Shown here piece by piece: positions 46,254 to 56,252 of a DNA stretch of 64,000 bases. The notes beneath the pieces were generated by a model. It did no database searches. It was given only the letters and a program-made list of their open reading frames with translations, and had not been told where the DNA came from. Source of the DNA: an uncultured Bacteroidales bacterium (GTDB lineage Bacteria; Bacteroidota; Bacteroidia; Bacteroidales; FEN-979). Each line of letters begins with the position of its first letter. Positions within the stretch are counted from its first letter, which is position 1. A program made the translations under genes and the position numbers. Location: contig CAIYJU010000052.1 of NCBI GenBank assembly GCA_903926565.1, forward strand, positions 18,581 through 82,580, written 5' to 3'.

Positions 46254-46298
46254 AATAAAACCCTATTTTTGCAGTTATTATCATAAGTAGGTTCATTC

Positions 46299-48095
46299 AT
46301 GAAATTTTTCCCAGTGGTATTGACAAAAATCCGGTTTACTCTCCTTTCCCTGTTATTTTTACCTTTTTTCCTTACAGCCCAGGTTCCCATACGACCTGAT
46401 TCAGCAATTAAAAACAGTCGTTTTATCGAAGATGACCAGGTGGTGGTCATGCTCGACAGTCTGGCAAACCTTAAAATATTTGAAGATACCCGGTTCCCGA
46501 ATGCCAACCAGTATCAGAACTGGAGCACCTATTCAGATACTGATATCCCTGCATTCCCCGACTCCGTTTATCGTGAAAGGATCGCACTGATGAACGACCA
46601 GTCGCCATTCGAGTTTGTTTATAACACAGAGGTCAAAAATTTCATCGACTTATACGGTGTCAGAAAACGAAAGCTGACAGCCCGCATCCTCGGACTGGCC
46701 CAGATTTATTTTCCGCTTTTTGAGGAGCAGCTTGATAAATTCAACATGCCATTGGAACTGAAATATCTGGCTGTGATTGAATCTGCGCTCAACCCCATCG
46801 CCAATTCACCGGCCGGCGCAAAAGGGCTCTGGCAGTTTATGTATGGTACCGGGAAAGTTTACGGGCTGAAAGTAAGTACCTATGTTGACGACCGGTTTGA
46901 TCCGTACAAGTCAACAATTGCGGCTTGCGAGCATCTTACCGATCTGTACGACATCTATGGAAGCTGGTCACTGGCCCTTGCTGCCTACAATTCGGGTGCC
47001 GGCAATGTGAATAAGGCGATCCGCCGCTCAGGAGGCATCAAGAACTTCTGGGCCATCAAGAAATACCTCCCAAAGGAAACCGCTTCTTATGTTCCCGCTT
47101 TTATCGCCGCAAGCTATGTGATCACTTATGCAAATGAGCATAAGATTCATCCGGTTGACCCGGGGATTCTGTACTACGAGGTTGATACGGTAACAGTGAG
47201 AAATCCACTTTCTTTCGATCAGATCTCGGAAATGCTTAACATCCCGATGGAGGAGATCATGTTCTTAAATCCGGCGTATAAGCGTAAAATAATCCCGGCT
47301 ACAGCCGAGAATCCCTATAAACTGCGTTTGCGGAAAAAATATATCGGTAATTTTATCAATAATGAAACCGCGCTTTATGCATACCGGACAAAAGAGGGTT
47401 TGGCCAGCGATGCCATGATGCAAATGGTTTACAGTACCTATCGTGAATCTGAGCTGTATACAGTAAAAAGTGGTGAAACAGTCGCCTCTGTTGCAAAGAA
47501 ATTTCACATGACGCCCGCCGAGCTTAAATCACTCAACGGGTTAAAGAAAAACACCATCAAACCGAATAAAAAAATCCTGGTCTATACCAATTCCGGTAAG
47601 GGGAAACCGCAGGAAACAGGCGTTACATCAACCTACGTGCCACAGGAGGTCTCCAAAGACACCTCCATAAAGACATCTTCGTCAAATCCGGCTCCCGAGG
47701 CGGTAGTGCCTAAACCCACAATGCAGGAAAGCCAGTCTGACGAAACTCCAAAAACAGTCCATGTCGTTAAAAGCGGTGAAAACCTGGGCATCATCGCCAA
47801 AAAATATCATTGTACGACCGCAGATTTGATGAAGTGGAACAATCTTCCCAACCAGACACTGCTTGTTGGCCAGAAAATCAAAGTAGTGTCAAACGGAAAT
47901 ATTCCGGCATCGGGTTCCAAGGCAAAAACATCCTCCGGTTCTCAAAAATTTACCTGGTATACCATTGTTTCCGGGGATAACCTGTGGGAAATCGCAAATA
48001 AATTTGATGTTACCGTTGCCCAGCTAAAGGCTATCAATAATTTTAAAACCAACAGCAGGTTGTCGCCGGGGCAAAAGATCAAAATACCCAAATAA
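46299..48095 (+). CDS. MltD-like lytic transglycosylase with three C-terminal LysM domains
   Basis: SLT core (ESALNPIANSPAGAKGLWQFMYGTG...AYNSGAGNV) and three LysM repeats (YTVKSGETVASVAKKF..., HVVKSGENLGIIAKKY..., YTIVSGDNLWEIANKF...). Confidence 0.75.
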   Translation: MKFFPVVLTKIRFTLLSLLFLPFFLTAQVPIRPDSAIKNSRFIEDDQVVVMLDSLANLKIFEDTRFPNANQYQNWSTYSDTDIPAFPDSVYRERIALMNDQSPFEFVYNTEVKNFIDLYGVRKRKLTARILGLAQIYFPLFEEQLDKFNMPLELKYLAVIESALNPIANSPAGAKGLWQFMYGTGKVYGLKVSTYVDDRFDPYKSTIAACEHLTDLYDIYGSWSLALAAYNSGAGNVNKAIRRSGGIKNFWAIKKYLPKETASYVPAFIAASYVITYANEHKIHPVDPGILYYEVDTVTVRNPLSFDQISEMLNIPMEEIMFLNPAYKRKIIPATAENPYKLRLRKKYIGNFINNETALYAYRTKEGLASDAMMQMVYSTYRESELYTVKSGETVASVAKKFHMTPAELKSLNGLKKNTIKPNKKILVYTNSGKGKPQETGVTSTYVPQEVSKDTSIKTSSSNPAPEAVVPKPTMQESQSDETPKTVHVVKSGENLGIIAKKYHCTTADLMKWNNLPNQTLLVGQKIKVVSNGNIPASGSKAKTSSGSQKFTWYTIVSGDNLWEIANKFDVTVAQLKAINNFKTNSRLSPGQKIKIPK

Positions 48096-48185
48096 TTTTT
48101 TTCGTTTGTTATCCGGATGTCTATCCAAACTATCTTTGGCATGCCAGATGAGATTAAATTAATCCCTTATTAATCCAAAAAAAAT

Positions 48186-48656
48186 ATGAAAAAAATCACA
48201 TCAACCTTATTATTGGCAGTCGTCATCTCCCTTTGGTCAGGGATAACAGTTTCAGCCCAAACTCACAAAGCTGATGATCTTCTTGGCACATGGCTCAACC
48301 AGGAAGCAACAGGAAAGATTACCCTTTACAAAGAGGGCTCAAAGTATTTCGGAAAACTGGTATGGCTCAGGGAGCCGCTTGACAAAGTGACGGGCAAGCC
48401 ACGTACAGACAAGGAAAATCCGGAAGAAAAGCTGAAAGCAACCCCATTGATTGGCATGGTCAACATGAAGAACTTTACCTTCGACGGCAAGGATGAGTGG
48501 TCGGGTGGCACCATCTACGATCCGAAAAACGGTAAAACCTATAAATGCTATATCGCCTTCGACGGACCCTCAAAATTGAAGGTGCGCGGTTACATTGGTG
48601 TCTCCCTGCTTGGAAGAAACACCTATTGGACCAAAACAACGCCTCCGCAGAATTAA
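48186..48656 (+). CDS. DUF2147-domain secreted protein
   Basis: Signal peptide; GTWLNQEATGKITLYKEG...GKLVWL...DPKNGKTYKC pattern. Confidence 0.55.
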   Translation: MKKITSTLLLAVVISLWSGITVSAQTHKADDLLGTWLNQEATGKITLYKEGSKYFGKLVWLREPLDKVTGKPRTDKENPEEKLKATPLIGMVNMKNFTFDGKDEWSGGTIYDPKNGKTYKCYIAFDGPSKLKVRGYIGVSLLGRNTYWTKTTPPQN

Positions 48657-48726
48657 AACAATGCCGGGCATAAAAGCTATGCCCAACGTAAAAAGGCCTT
48701 GCTCCCTTGCGGTAAAAAACAATTCG

Positions 48727-49173
48727 ATGAATCTGCTCGAAAAGTATAAACCCTCCATCAGCAAACACAACCTCCTGCTCATTGCAGGCCTGGCATGGAC
48801 TACCGCGGGAGGTATTCTTGCCGGCCGTGGGTTGAGTTACCTCCTTGAGCATCCCGATCATCCGGGCTGGCGACTGGCTGGGAGCGTAGTTTGCGGATTC
48901 ATTTTTTATATCCTCCTCTTTGCAAAAATATCGCGCAAGCACATCCGGCGGATCCATGGCATCAACATCCCCTACCCCTGTGCCTTTTCGTTTTTCAACT
49001 TCCGTGGATATTTCATGATGGCGATCATGATCACCGGCGGAATCATGCTGCGCAAACTGGATGTGATCAACAAAGAGTGGCTCTATACGTTCTATGTCAC
49101 GATGGGAATACCTTTGCTGATCTCAGCTTCGCGGTTTTTCTATTTCTGGGCCACCAATAATGAGATTACATAA
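48727..49173 (+). CDS. small membrane protein of unknown function
   Basis: Three to four hydrophobic helices. The start was chosen at MNLLEKYKP to avoid overlap with the upstream gene. Confidence 0.35.
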   Translation: MNLLEKYKPSISKHNLLLIAGLAWTTAGGILAGRGLSYLLEHPDHPGWRLAGSVVCGFIFYILLFAKISRKHIRRIHGINIPYPCAFSFFNFRGYFMMAIMITGGIMLRKLDVINKEWLYTFYVTMGIPLLISASRFFYFWATNNEIT

Positions 49174-49202
49174 TGAGATACAAAATCTCTTAACCCTATA
49201 TA

Positions 49203-50627
49203 TTGAATAAGACATCCAGGAAATACATCATCCTCAGAGCCATTCTGCTGGGCCTGGCTATTGTTGCCATTGCATTTTTTGTAACAAGAAGCCTGTATCA
49301 TCGTGAGGAGGCCAAAAAAGACGCACTCCGCCGTATCCGTGAACGGGGATACCTCATTGCCCTTACCGACCAAAACACACTTAACTACTTTATTTACAAA
49401 GGGCATCCAATGGGTTACCAGCTTGCCCTGCTGGAATCATTTGCCAAATACCTGGGTGTTCCGCTCCGGATAATTGCCAGCAATGATATCTCGAAGCTGG
49501 AATATTATATGTATTACAACGCCGCCGACCTCATTGCACTCAACATTCCCATAACCAGTGATGGAAAAAAGCTGGTCAGGTTTTCCGACCCCTTTGGCGA
49601 AACCCGGCTGGTGCTTGTACAACGAAAAAGTCAAAACCCTGCGAAAGATGGACCAGGGCTCATCACCAACCTGGCCGACTTCCCTCAGGATACGGTTTAC
49701 GTTCGGAAAAGTCCGTTCCTGGCTTCCCAGTATCATTCATTTTACAAGAAAACCGGAAAAAATGCCATTCTGAAAGAGGAGTCTGACGTCAGCGAGGAGG
49801 AGCTTATCCGGCGTGTTTCTGCCGGAACCATCCGCTTTGCACTATGCCAGGAAAATGTGGCCATGGTCTACCACCGGTACTATCGCAACCTCGACATGTC
49901 TGTGCTGGCCTTCCCGCTTTTTTCATATGGATGGGGTGTCGGCCATTCTTCCGATTCGCTGCGCACAGAAGTCAACAACTGGCTGAAGGAGTTCAAATCA
50001 TCGCGGGATCTGAAACAAACCTACCTCGAATATTTCGACAACCAGCGCATCGCCGGATTCCTTCAGAATGACTACTTCTCGGTGACCGGAAAGAATAAGA
50101 TTTCACCATTTGATGACGTCATCAGGCAGCAGAGCAGGCTGGTGATGTGGGACTGGCGCCTGGTTGCCTCGCTGATCTACCAGGAATCGAATTTCAAACC
50201 AGGACTGACGTCGTCGCGGAGTGCCAGCGGTCTGATGCAGCTGATGCCCGAAACCGCTGCAAAATTCGGGATCGACAGTGCAGCCACACCGGCAAGGCAA
50301 ATCACCGGAGGGATAAAATACCTTCGGTTTATCGACTCACAGCTCCCCGATGAAATTACCAGCCCGGTTGAACGAATCTATTTTGTGCTGGCCTGTTACA
50401 ATGTCGGCATCGGTAAGGTACTGGCCGCCAGGGAAAAAGCGGAAAAATTCGGCAAGGATAAAAACAGGTGGAACGGCAACGTGGACTACTACCTGTTGCG
50501 CCGGTCAAAAAAAGACCCTGTCGCAAAAAATGACTCTGTCGACGATTACCCGATCGATTATAAAACCGAAGGGTTTGTCGATGACATTGTGAGCCGGTAT
50601 TATCATTATAAGAACCTGATCAGATAA
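49203..50627 (+). CDS. MltF-like protein: periplasmic solute-binding (SBP_bac_3) domain fused to an SLT lytic transglycosylase domain; TTG start
   Basis: N-terminal TM anchor; C-terminal ESNFKPGLTSSRSASGLMQLMPETAAKFG...CYNVGIGKV SLT motifs. Confidence 0.68.
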   Translation: MNKTSRKYIILRAILLGLAIVAIAFFVTRSLYHREEAKKDALRRIRERGYLIALTDQNTLNYFIYKGHPMGYQLALLESFAKYLGVPLRIIASNDISKLEYYMYYNAADLIALNIPITSDGKKLVRFSDPFGETRLVLVQRKSQNPAKDGPGLITNLADFPQDTVYVRKSPFLASQYHSFYKKTGKNAILKEESDVSEEELIRRVSAGTIRFALCQENVAMVYHRYYRNLDMSVLAFPLFSYGWGVGHSSDSLRTEVNNWLKEFKSSRDLKQTYLEYFDNQRIAGFLQNDYFSVTGKNKISPFDDVIRQQSRLVMWDWRLVASLIYQESNFKPGLTSSRSASGLMQLMPETAAKFGIDSAATPARQITGGIKYLRFIDSQLPDEITSPVERIYFVLACYNVGIGKVLAAREKAEKFGKDKNRWNGNVDYYLLRRSKKDPVAKNDSVDDYPIDYKTEGFVDDIVSRYYHYKNLIR

Positions 50628-50690
50628 ATCAGCAACCTTTAGCTCAATCTGAGGTTTTAAGCATTAACTTTGAGCTAAATTCAGATCACC

Positions 50691-52997
50691 ATGGAAACAA
50701 CATCAATTTTAATGATTGCAGCCATCAGCGTAGCTGCAATTTTTGTTTTTATCCTCCTCTACAGTTCAATTCTGATCGTTGGAGGCAAAGAGATCAACAT
50801 CCTCGAACGGCGTTGGTTCGGCAAAGAGATGCCCAAAGACCGGATCTTTGCCCTGAGCAATGAAATCGGTGTTCAGGCCAGGGCCAAAGGGCCGGGTTTG
50901 TACCTCCTGATCCCGTTCATCTATAAAACCAAGAAGCAGGAATTCACGGTCATCGGCAACAATGAAATCGGTGTCGTCGTTTCTGTCGATGGCAACCCGG
51001 TTCCTTCCGGGAAGATCTTTGCGAAAACCGTTGAATGCAACCTTTTTCAGGATGGTGAGTTATTCCTGACCAATGGCGGTGAGAAAGGTGTTCAGATTCA
51101 ACTGTTGCCCCCGGGAATCTACCGGATAAACCCGTTGCTTTTTAACCTGAAAATCGAGCCGGTCACCGTAATCGATGAAAACCAGGTTGGTATCGTGGAG
51201 TCCATCGACGGGGCTCCGATCCCTGCGGGACGTATCTTTGGAAAGGTCGTTGATTGTGATCTGTACCAGGACGGGGAAGCCTTTTTGAAAAACGGCGGAG
51301 AAAAAGGGCCGCAGATCAAAGCACTGCCTCCGGGCAATTACCGTATCAACCCGCTGCTGTTCAAAATAAAAAAAGTAAATGTTACCGTTATCGACAAAGG
51401 ACAAATCGGGATCATCACCTCTCAGGATGGAAAGCAGATCAGTGGCGGACGGTTGCTGGCAAAAACCGTTGAAGGGCACAGCAATTATGAAGACGGGGAG
51501 ACATTTTTGAATAATGGCGGTGAAAAAGGGCCACAGGTTTCCATTTTATTGCCGGGAAAATACCGAATCAACACCGATCTTTTCAGGGTGGAGATTAAGG
51601 AGACCATCATCATTCCGGATCAGAAAGTAGGAATTGTGGTTGCCCGCGACGGCCAGCCATTGCCGGAGTCGGAATTTGTTGCCAAACCTGTTACCGGGCA
51701 CAACAACTTCCAGGATGTTACTAAATTCCTTGAAAACGGCGGACAGCGCGGCCCGCAGTTCGATGTGCTGAAACCGGGCACCTATTATATCAATTCACTG
51801 ATGTTCAGCGTTGAACTGGACAGTGTTGCTGTTGTTGAACGTGGCCAGGTTGCTGTACTGGTTTCAAATGTTGGCAAGGAGCCGGTCCAGATCAAAGAGA
51901 TTGCTGAAAAAATTGCTGAAGCCGAAATAAAAGATCAACGCATCGATGCCACTACAAAAGAGGTGATGAATGCAGAAACGCGAATCGATGTCGGTATTGA
52001 GCGATATGTGGTACCCAAAGGCTACCGCGGAATCCAGCAGGAGGTCGCCGGGCCGGGGATTTACTACCTGAACCGCAGGGCTTATATTGCTTATGTTGTA
52101 GATACCACGAACATTACCATCGATTGGGATGAAAACCAGAGCACCCCGTTTGATCCGCTGGTGGTGGTTTCCAATGATGGTTTCGAGATAAAAGTTGCCG
52201 TCAAGGTCGTCATCCGGGTACGCCCTGACCAGTCTCCTTACATGGTAGCGAAGATTGGTTCCATCCAGAACCTCATCGAACATGTGATTCATCCGATGAT
52301 CGATTCCAGTTTCAGAAACCAGGCCTCCACAACCTCTGCCATGAGTTTCATGCAAAACAGGCATGAAGAGCAGCAGAAAGCCGAAGACCGTGCCCGCCAT
52401 GAACTCGAAAAATATCATGTTGAGCTGGTTTCGGTGCTGATCTGCCAGATACAATTGCCAGAAAACCTGATGAAAACCCAAACCGACCGCATCATTGCCC
52501 AGCAGGAGCAGGCCATGTACGTGGAACAGCAAAAAGCGCAGCAAACCCGCATTGCCATGGCAAAAACAACGGCGGAGGCAGACAAGCAGGTTGACCTGGT
52601 CCAGAGCGAAATTGAAGTGAAAATTGCCGAAAACCGCAAACTCAAGGCAATCAAGGAAGCCGAAGGGAAAGGTGAATCCACGAGACTTGAGAAGGCCGGT
52701 GAGGCTTCCGGGATTGAATCCATCGGGAAAGCCAAAGGTGTGGCCATTCTCGCCGAAGGTACGGCAACCGCTGAGGCCTACGAAAAACAACGGCAGGCCA
52801 TCGGACAGGAGGGTGTCATCGCAGTTCAGGTGGCTGAAAAACTGGCAACCGGCAATGTAAAAGTCGTCCCCGACACGCTGGTAACCAGCAATGATGGTGG
52901 CGGTGGCCTGGGCCAGTTGCTTGGCGCCTATTTAACTAAAAAGATTGTCGAGCCCAAAGGGAATCTGGTTAAACCGATGGAATCTTCAACTGAATGA
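50691..52997 (+). CDS. flotillin-like SPFH/band-7 protein with four tandem 74-aa repeats inserted after the TM anchor
   Basis: N-terminal TM segment. Four repeats of (N/Q)xVGIVxSxDGxPxPxGxIFAKxVE...FQDGExFLxNGGEKGPQ...PGxYRINPLLF. The C-terminal half is a flotillin/YqiK-like coiled coil (HELEKYHVELVSVLICQIQLPE...). Confidence 0.7.
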   Translation: METTSILMIAAISVAAIFVFILLYSSILIVGGKEINILERRWFGKEMPKDRIFALSNEIGVQARAKGPGLYLLIPFIYKTKKQEFTVIGNNEIGVVVSVDGNPVPSGKIFAKTVECNLFQDGELFLTNGGEKGVQIQLLPPGIYRINPLLFNLKIEPVTVIDENQVGIVESIDGAPIPAGRIFGKVVDCDLYQDGEAFLKNGGEKGPQIKALPPGNYRINPLLFKIKKVNVTVIDKGQIGIITSQDGKQISGGRLLAKTVEGHSNYEDGETFLNNGGEKGPQVSILLPGKYRINTDLFRVEIKETIIIPDQKVGIVVARDGQPLPESEFVAKPVTGHNNFQDVTKFLENGGQRGPQFDVLKPGTYYINSLMFSVELDSVAVVERGQVAVLVSNVGKEPVQIKEIAEKIAEAEIKDQRIDATTKEVMNAETRIDVGIERYVVPKGYRGIQQEVAGPGIYYLNRRAYIAYVVDTTNITIDWDENQSTPFDPLVVVSNDGFEIKVAVKVVIRVRPDQSPYMVAKIGSIQNLIEHVIHPMIDSSFRNQASTTSAMSFMQNRHEEQQKAEDRARHELEKYHVELVSVLICQIQLPENLMKTQTDRIIAQQEQAMYVEQQKAQQTRIAMAKTTAEADKQVDLVQSEIEVKIAENRKLKAIKEAEGKGESTRLEKAGEASGIESIGKAKGVAILAEGTATAEAYEKQRQAIGQEGVIAVQVAEKLATGNVKVVPDTLVTSNDGGGGLGQLLGAYLTKKIVEPKGNLVKPMESSTE

Positions 52998-53027
52998 TAA
53001 AATATTTCGAATCTTAAAAAACCGTTT

Positions 53028-53705
53028 ATGAAAAAGTTTTTTTGTGTTCTGGTTCTAGGGGTTATTTCCGGATTTTCGATGATGGCGCAAACCGTGTCGG
53101 ACCAACAATCTTCATCAAAGGATGACGGTGAAATTAAAACACTCTTCCACAAATCCGGGCATCCGATGAAAATTGGATATTACATCAGTCCTGAAAGTGC
53201 TTATACTCAGTTCGACGGCAAAGATGTTTTCATGGCAGGCCTGAGTTTTGGCGCCATCATCGACCATTTCTTCTCTGTCGGCCTGGCCGCCAGCGGCATC
53301 GTGAATCCGGGAAACCTCTGGTATGACAATGTTAAAGATTCAGCAGGCGCTTACCTGTATGGTGCTTATGGCGGTTTGAAATTTGAGTTCAGGGTATTCC
53401 CGGCTTATCCCGTTCATGTCAATTTCCCCATCCTGATCGGAGGCGGAGGGATGGCATTTAACACTGATATGTATCACCATGATGGTCAAAACAACAATGA
53501 CAATTATAACGGTACAACACTTGACTGGGATGCTTTTTTTGTGGTGGAACCCGGGGTGATGCTCGAACTTAACCTGGTAAAATTCATGCGGGTTGATGCA
53601 GGTGTCTCCTATCGCTACACTCCCGACCTGGATTTAATCAATACCAGCAGTGGACTGATCAACAACTTCAATGCGAACTTATCTTTGAAATTCGGTAAGT
53701 TTTAG
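53028..53705 (+). CDS. outer-membrane beta-barrel protein
   Basis: Signal peptide and C-terminal ...LSLKFGKF. Confidence 0.5.
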   Translation: MKKFFCVLVLGVISGFSMMAQTVSDQQSSSKDDGEIKTLFHKSGHPMKIGYYISPESAYTQFDGKDVFMAGLSFGAIIDHFFSVGLAASGIVNPGNLWYDNVKDSAGAYLYGAYGGLKFEFRVFPAYPVHVNFPILIGGGGMAFNTDMYHHDGQNNNDNYNGTTLDWDAFFVVEPGVMLELNLVKFMRVDAGVSYRYTPDLDLINTSSGLINNFNANLSLKFGKF

Positions 53706-53728
53706 TATAACGCAATTTCATTGGCACG

Positions 53729-54106
53729 ATGAAGGAAGCTGCACCATTTGGGCTGATCATAATCTTTTCCATAACCGGTGTATTTCACCTGCTGGTGCTT
53801 GCAAAAGTGATTCCATACACCATCATCTGGGGCAGCCGGCTTAAGTCTGATGCTGCCATGTACCGGTTTGAAATCTTTTCAATCTTGGTGAATTTCCTGT
53901 TCCTGATGGTTGTCATGGTGAAAATTCAGTTAATCCCTCTCAACATCAATCATCGCTTTTTAAATGTGATCCTGTGGCTCATGCTGGGCATGTTCATTCT
54001 GAATACCATTGCAAATCTTACTTCCCGCAATTTTCTTGAAAAGGTCATTTTCACACCATTAACCATCCTGTTATCTGTTTTTATCCTTATTTTACTCCTT
54101 TGTTGA
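53729..54106 (+). CDS. small 4-TM membrane protein
   Basis: Hydropathy only. Confidence 0.35.
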   Translation: MKEAAPFGLIIIFSITGVFHLLVLAKVIPYTIIWGSRLKSDAAMYRFEIFSILVNFLFLMVVMVKIQLIPLNINHRFLNVILWLMLGMFILNTIANLTSRNFLEKVIFTPLTILLSVFILILLLC

Positions 54107-54223
54107 TTTTCCTTTATTACAATTCAACCATCCAAATCAACAGCTCACAGGTTTTCTTCTTTCACAGGCATCCCCGCTTTCCGAATTTTGCCGGAAACAA
54201 TTAATCAATAAAATCAGCCAAAA

Positions 54224-54802
54224 ATGAAAAAAATACTGATCATCAACGGACACCCAAATAAGCTAAGTTTTAACTTCGCCCTTGCTAATGCTTATAAACA
54301 AGGAGCATCATCGGCCGGCCATGAAATTAAAGAGATCATGATCTGTGACTTACGGTTCAATCCAAATTTACAGTCAGGATATCAAAAACGGATGGACCTG
54401 GAACCGGATTTACTGGAGGCCTGGGAAAAAATAAAATGGGCAGATCACCTGGTGTGGGTTCATCCTGTCTGGTGGGGCGGACTTCCGGCAATCATGAAAG
54501 GTTTTATCGACAGGCTCTTTTTGCCCGGAATGGCCTTTCAATACCGCGAAAACTCTGTTTGGTGGGATAAATTGCTCAAAGGGAAAACAGCACATATTAT
54601 CACAACACTTGACCAGCCAGGCTGGTATTACAGGTTCATGTTCCACCAGCCGAGCGTGAACCAGCTGAAGAGATCAACACTGGAGTTTTGCGGTGTAAAA
54701 CCGGTGAAAGTCTCCTGCTTCGGGCCTGTTAAAAGTGCCACAGAGGTAACCCGGAAAACCTGGCTGGACAGGGTTGAAAAATCAGGAAAGGAAGTACGGT
54801 AA
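54224..54802 (+). CDS. flavodoxin-like-fold NAD(P)H dehydrogenase (quinone) / FMN reductase family
   Basis: MKKILIINGHPNKLSFNFALANAYKQGA...HLVWVHPVWWGGLPAIMKGFIDR. Confidence 0.68.
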   Translation: MKKILIINGHPNKLSFNFALANAYKQGASSAGHEIKEIMICDLRFNPNLQSGYQKRMDLEPDLLEAWEKIKWADHLVWVHPVWWGGLPAIMKGFIDRLFLPGMAFQYRENSVWWDKLLKGKTAHIITTLDQPGWYYRFMFHQPSVNQLKRSTLEFCGVKPVKVSCFGPVKSATEVTRKTWLDRVEKSGKEVR

Positions 54803-54836
54803 AATAAATTCGTGACTCACAGCGAGTCAACAAAAT

Positions 54837-56141
54837 ATGAGAGTTGTATTTATTGTCATCATTATTCCCCTTTTCTGGAAAATTTTATCGGCACAGGAGG
54901 TGGTGGTTCCCTACTCGCTGAAAAAAATGGTTGACCAATCGTTTCAGAACTATCCCCGGGTGGGGGAAATGAGCGACCTTGTCAGGATGAGTGAGGTAAA
55001 AGTCTCCTTCGGCAAAGCGGGTTACCTGCCGGTTGCCGGCGGAGATTTGTCGTATCGCCGGCAATACCCCACGCCTGCCATCCAGTTCCCGACAGGAGGA
55101 GGTCAATACCAGGAGGTCAAAATTCAGCCTGCCGACAACTACAACGCCTCTGTCAGCCTGGTACAGCCACTGGTCGACTTACGCACTTCTGCAACGATTA
55201 ATAAGGCAAAAAGTGACCTGGAAACTTCAAGAGATAACTTCGAAAGTTTCAAAATTCAGCTGGCTTACCAGGTTGCACAGATTTACTATTCCATCATCTT
55301 TCTCAACAAAAGCCTGGTGGTGCAGCAGGACCAGATCGGTCTTCTGGGGACCACACTGAAACAGATCAGTGTCAAGGTGAAAAGCGGCGATGCCCTTACC
55401 TATGATCTTGTTTCAACCCAGGTAAAATATACGAACGCGGAAAATTTCTATACAGACCTTTCAACACAGCTCAGCAAACAATACAACATGCTCAACATGC
55501 TGACCGGGAATACCGGAACAGCTTATCAGAAGGATACGGTTGTCGATCAATCCACGTTTAGCGTCGCAACCGGCTCCATTATCAGCCTGGCTTTACAGAA
55601 CAACCCTGAAATCATCATTGCCGGGGATAAAATAAAATCAGCCGGATGGGATATTGTCTCAGCCAATCGCGACTACCTGCCAACTCTGAACTTCCTGGCA
55701 GGTGTTGGCTATAAAAACGGCTTCATGCCTGAAATCGATGTACCGGAATTCAACTATTTTGTCGGCGCCGGCGTTTCCATCCCGATTCTGGCTGCATCCA
55801 GGCCCGGGTTGCAGAAGAAGATGGCGACCATCAACCTCAATGCATCTAAACTGGCGCTGGAATCGCAAAAGGTAACGTTAAACAAAGATCTCCTCAATGC
55901 CATGGATGACATACAGAAGAGCCGGAAAAAACTTTCAGGTGCAGATACACTGATCAGGCAGGCGCAGCTTGCGATGGATCTGGCTTCCGACCGGTATAAG
56001 TACGGCGTAATTACCAACCTCGACCTGCTCACATCCATCACCAATTACAAGGACGCCCAGCTAAGCCGGCTTCAGTTTGAATATTACCTGCTTATCTCCC
56101 GGATGGAGTTGTGCCGGCTCGCCGGGGTCAGATGGTGGTAG
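54837..56141 (+). CDS. TolC-family outer-membrane efflux protein (orphan; no adjacent pump genes)
   Basis: Two-repeat OEP architecture with alternating helical and beta segments; signal peptide. Confidence 0.65.
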   Translation: MRVVFIVIIIPLFWKILSAQEVVVPYSLKKMVDQSFQNYPRVGEMSDLVRMSEVKVSFGKAGYLPVAGGDLSYRRQYPTPAIQFPTGGGQYQEVKIQPADNYNASVSLVQPLVDLRTSATINKAKSDLETSRDNFESFKIQLAYQVAQIYYSIIFLNKSLVVQQDQIGLLGTTLKQISVKVKSGDALTYDLVSTQVKYTNAENFYTDLSTQLSKQYNMLNMLTGNTGTAYQKDTVVDQSTFSVATGSIISLALQNNPEIIIAGDKIKSAGWDIVSANRDYLPTLNFLAGVGYKNGFMPEIDVPEFNYFVGAGVSIPILAASRPGLQKKMATINLNASKLALESQKVTLNKDLLNAMDDIQKSRKKLSGADTLIRQAQLAMDLASDRYKYGVITNLDLLTSITNYKDAQLSRLQFEYYLLISRMELCRLAGVRWW

Positions 56142-56252
56142 GCTGTTCCACTCAATTAACAACTTTTAACTTTATTCATTCTAAATAACAATATTTTTAG
56201 TGGTACTTTTGCCGTGGAAGTTCAAGATTAAACCCAAATCCACAGGCAGAGT

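Noticed and set aside
54837-56141. TolC-like gene as part of a tripartite efflux operon.
   Set aside because: The flanking genes are an NAD(P)H dehydrogenase and a dienelactone hydrolase. No membrane-fusion or RND/ABC pump genes are adjacent, so it is called an orphan outer membrane factor (OMF).
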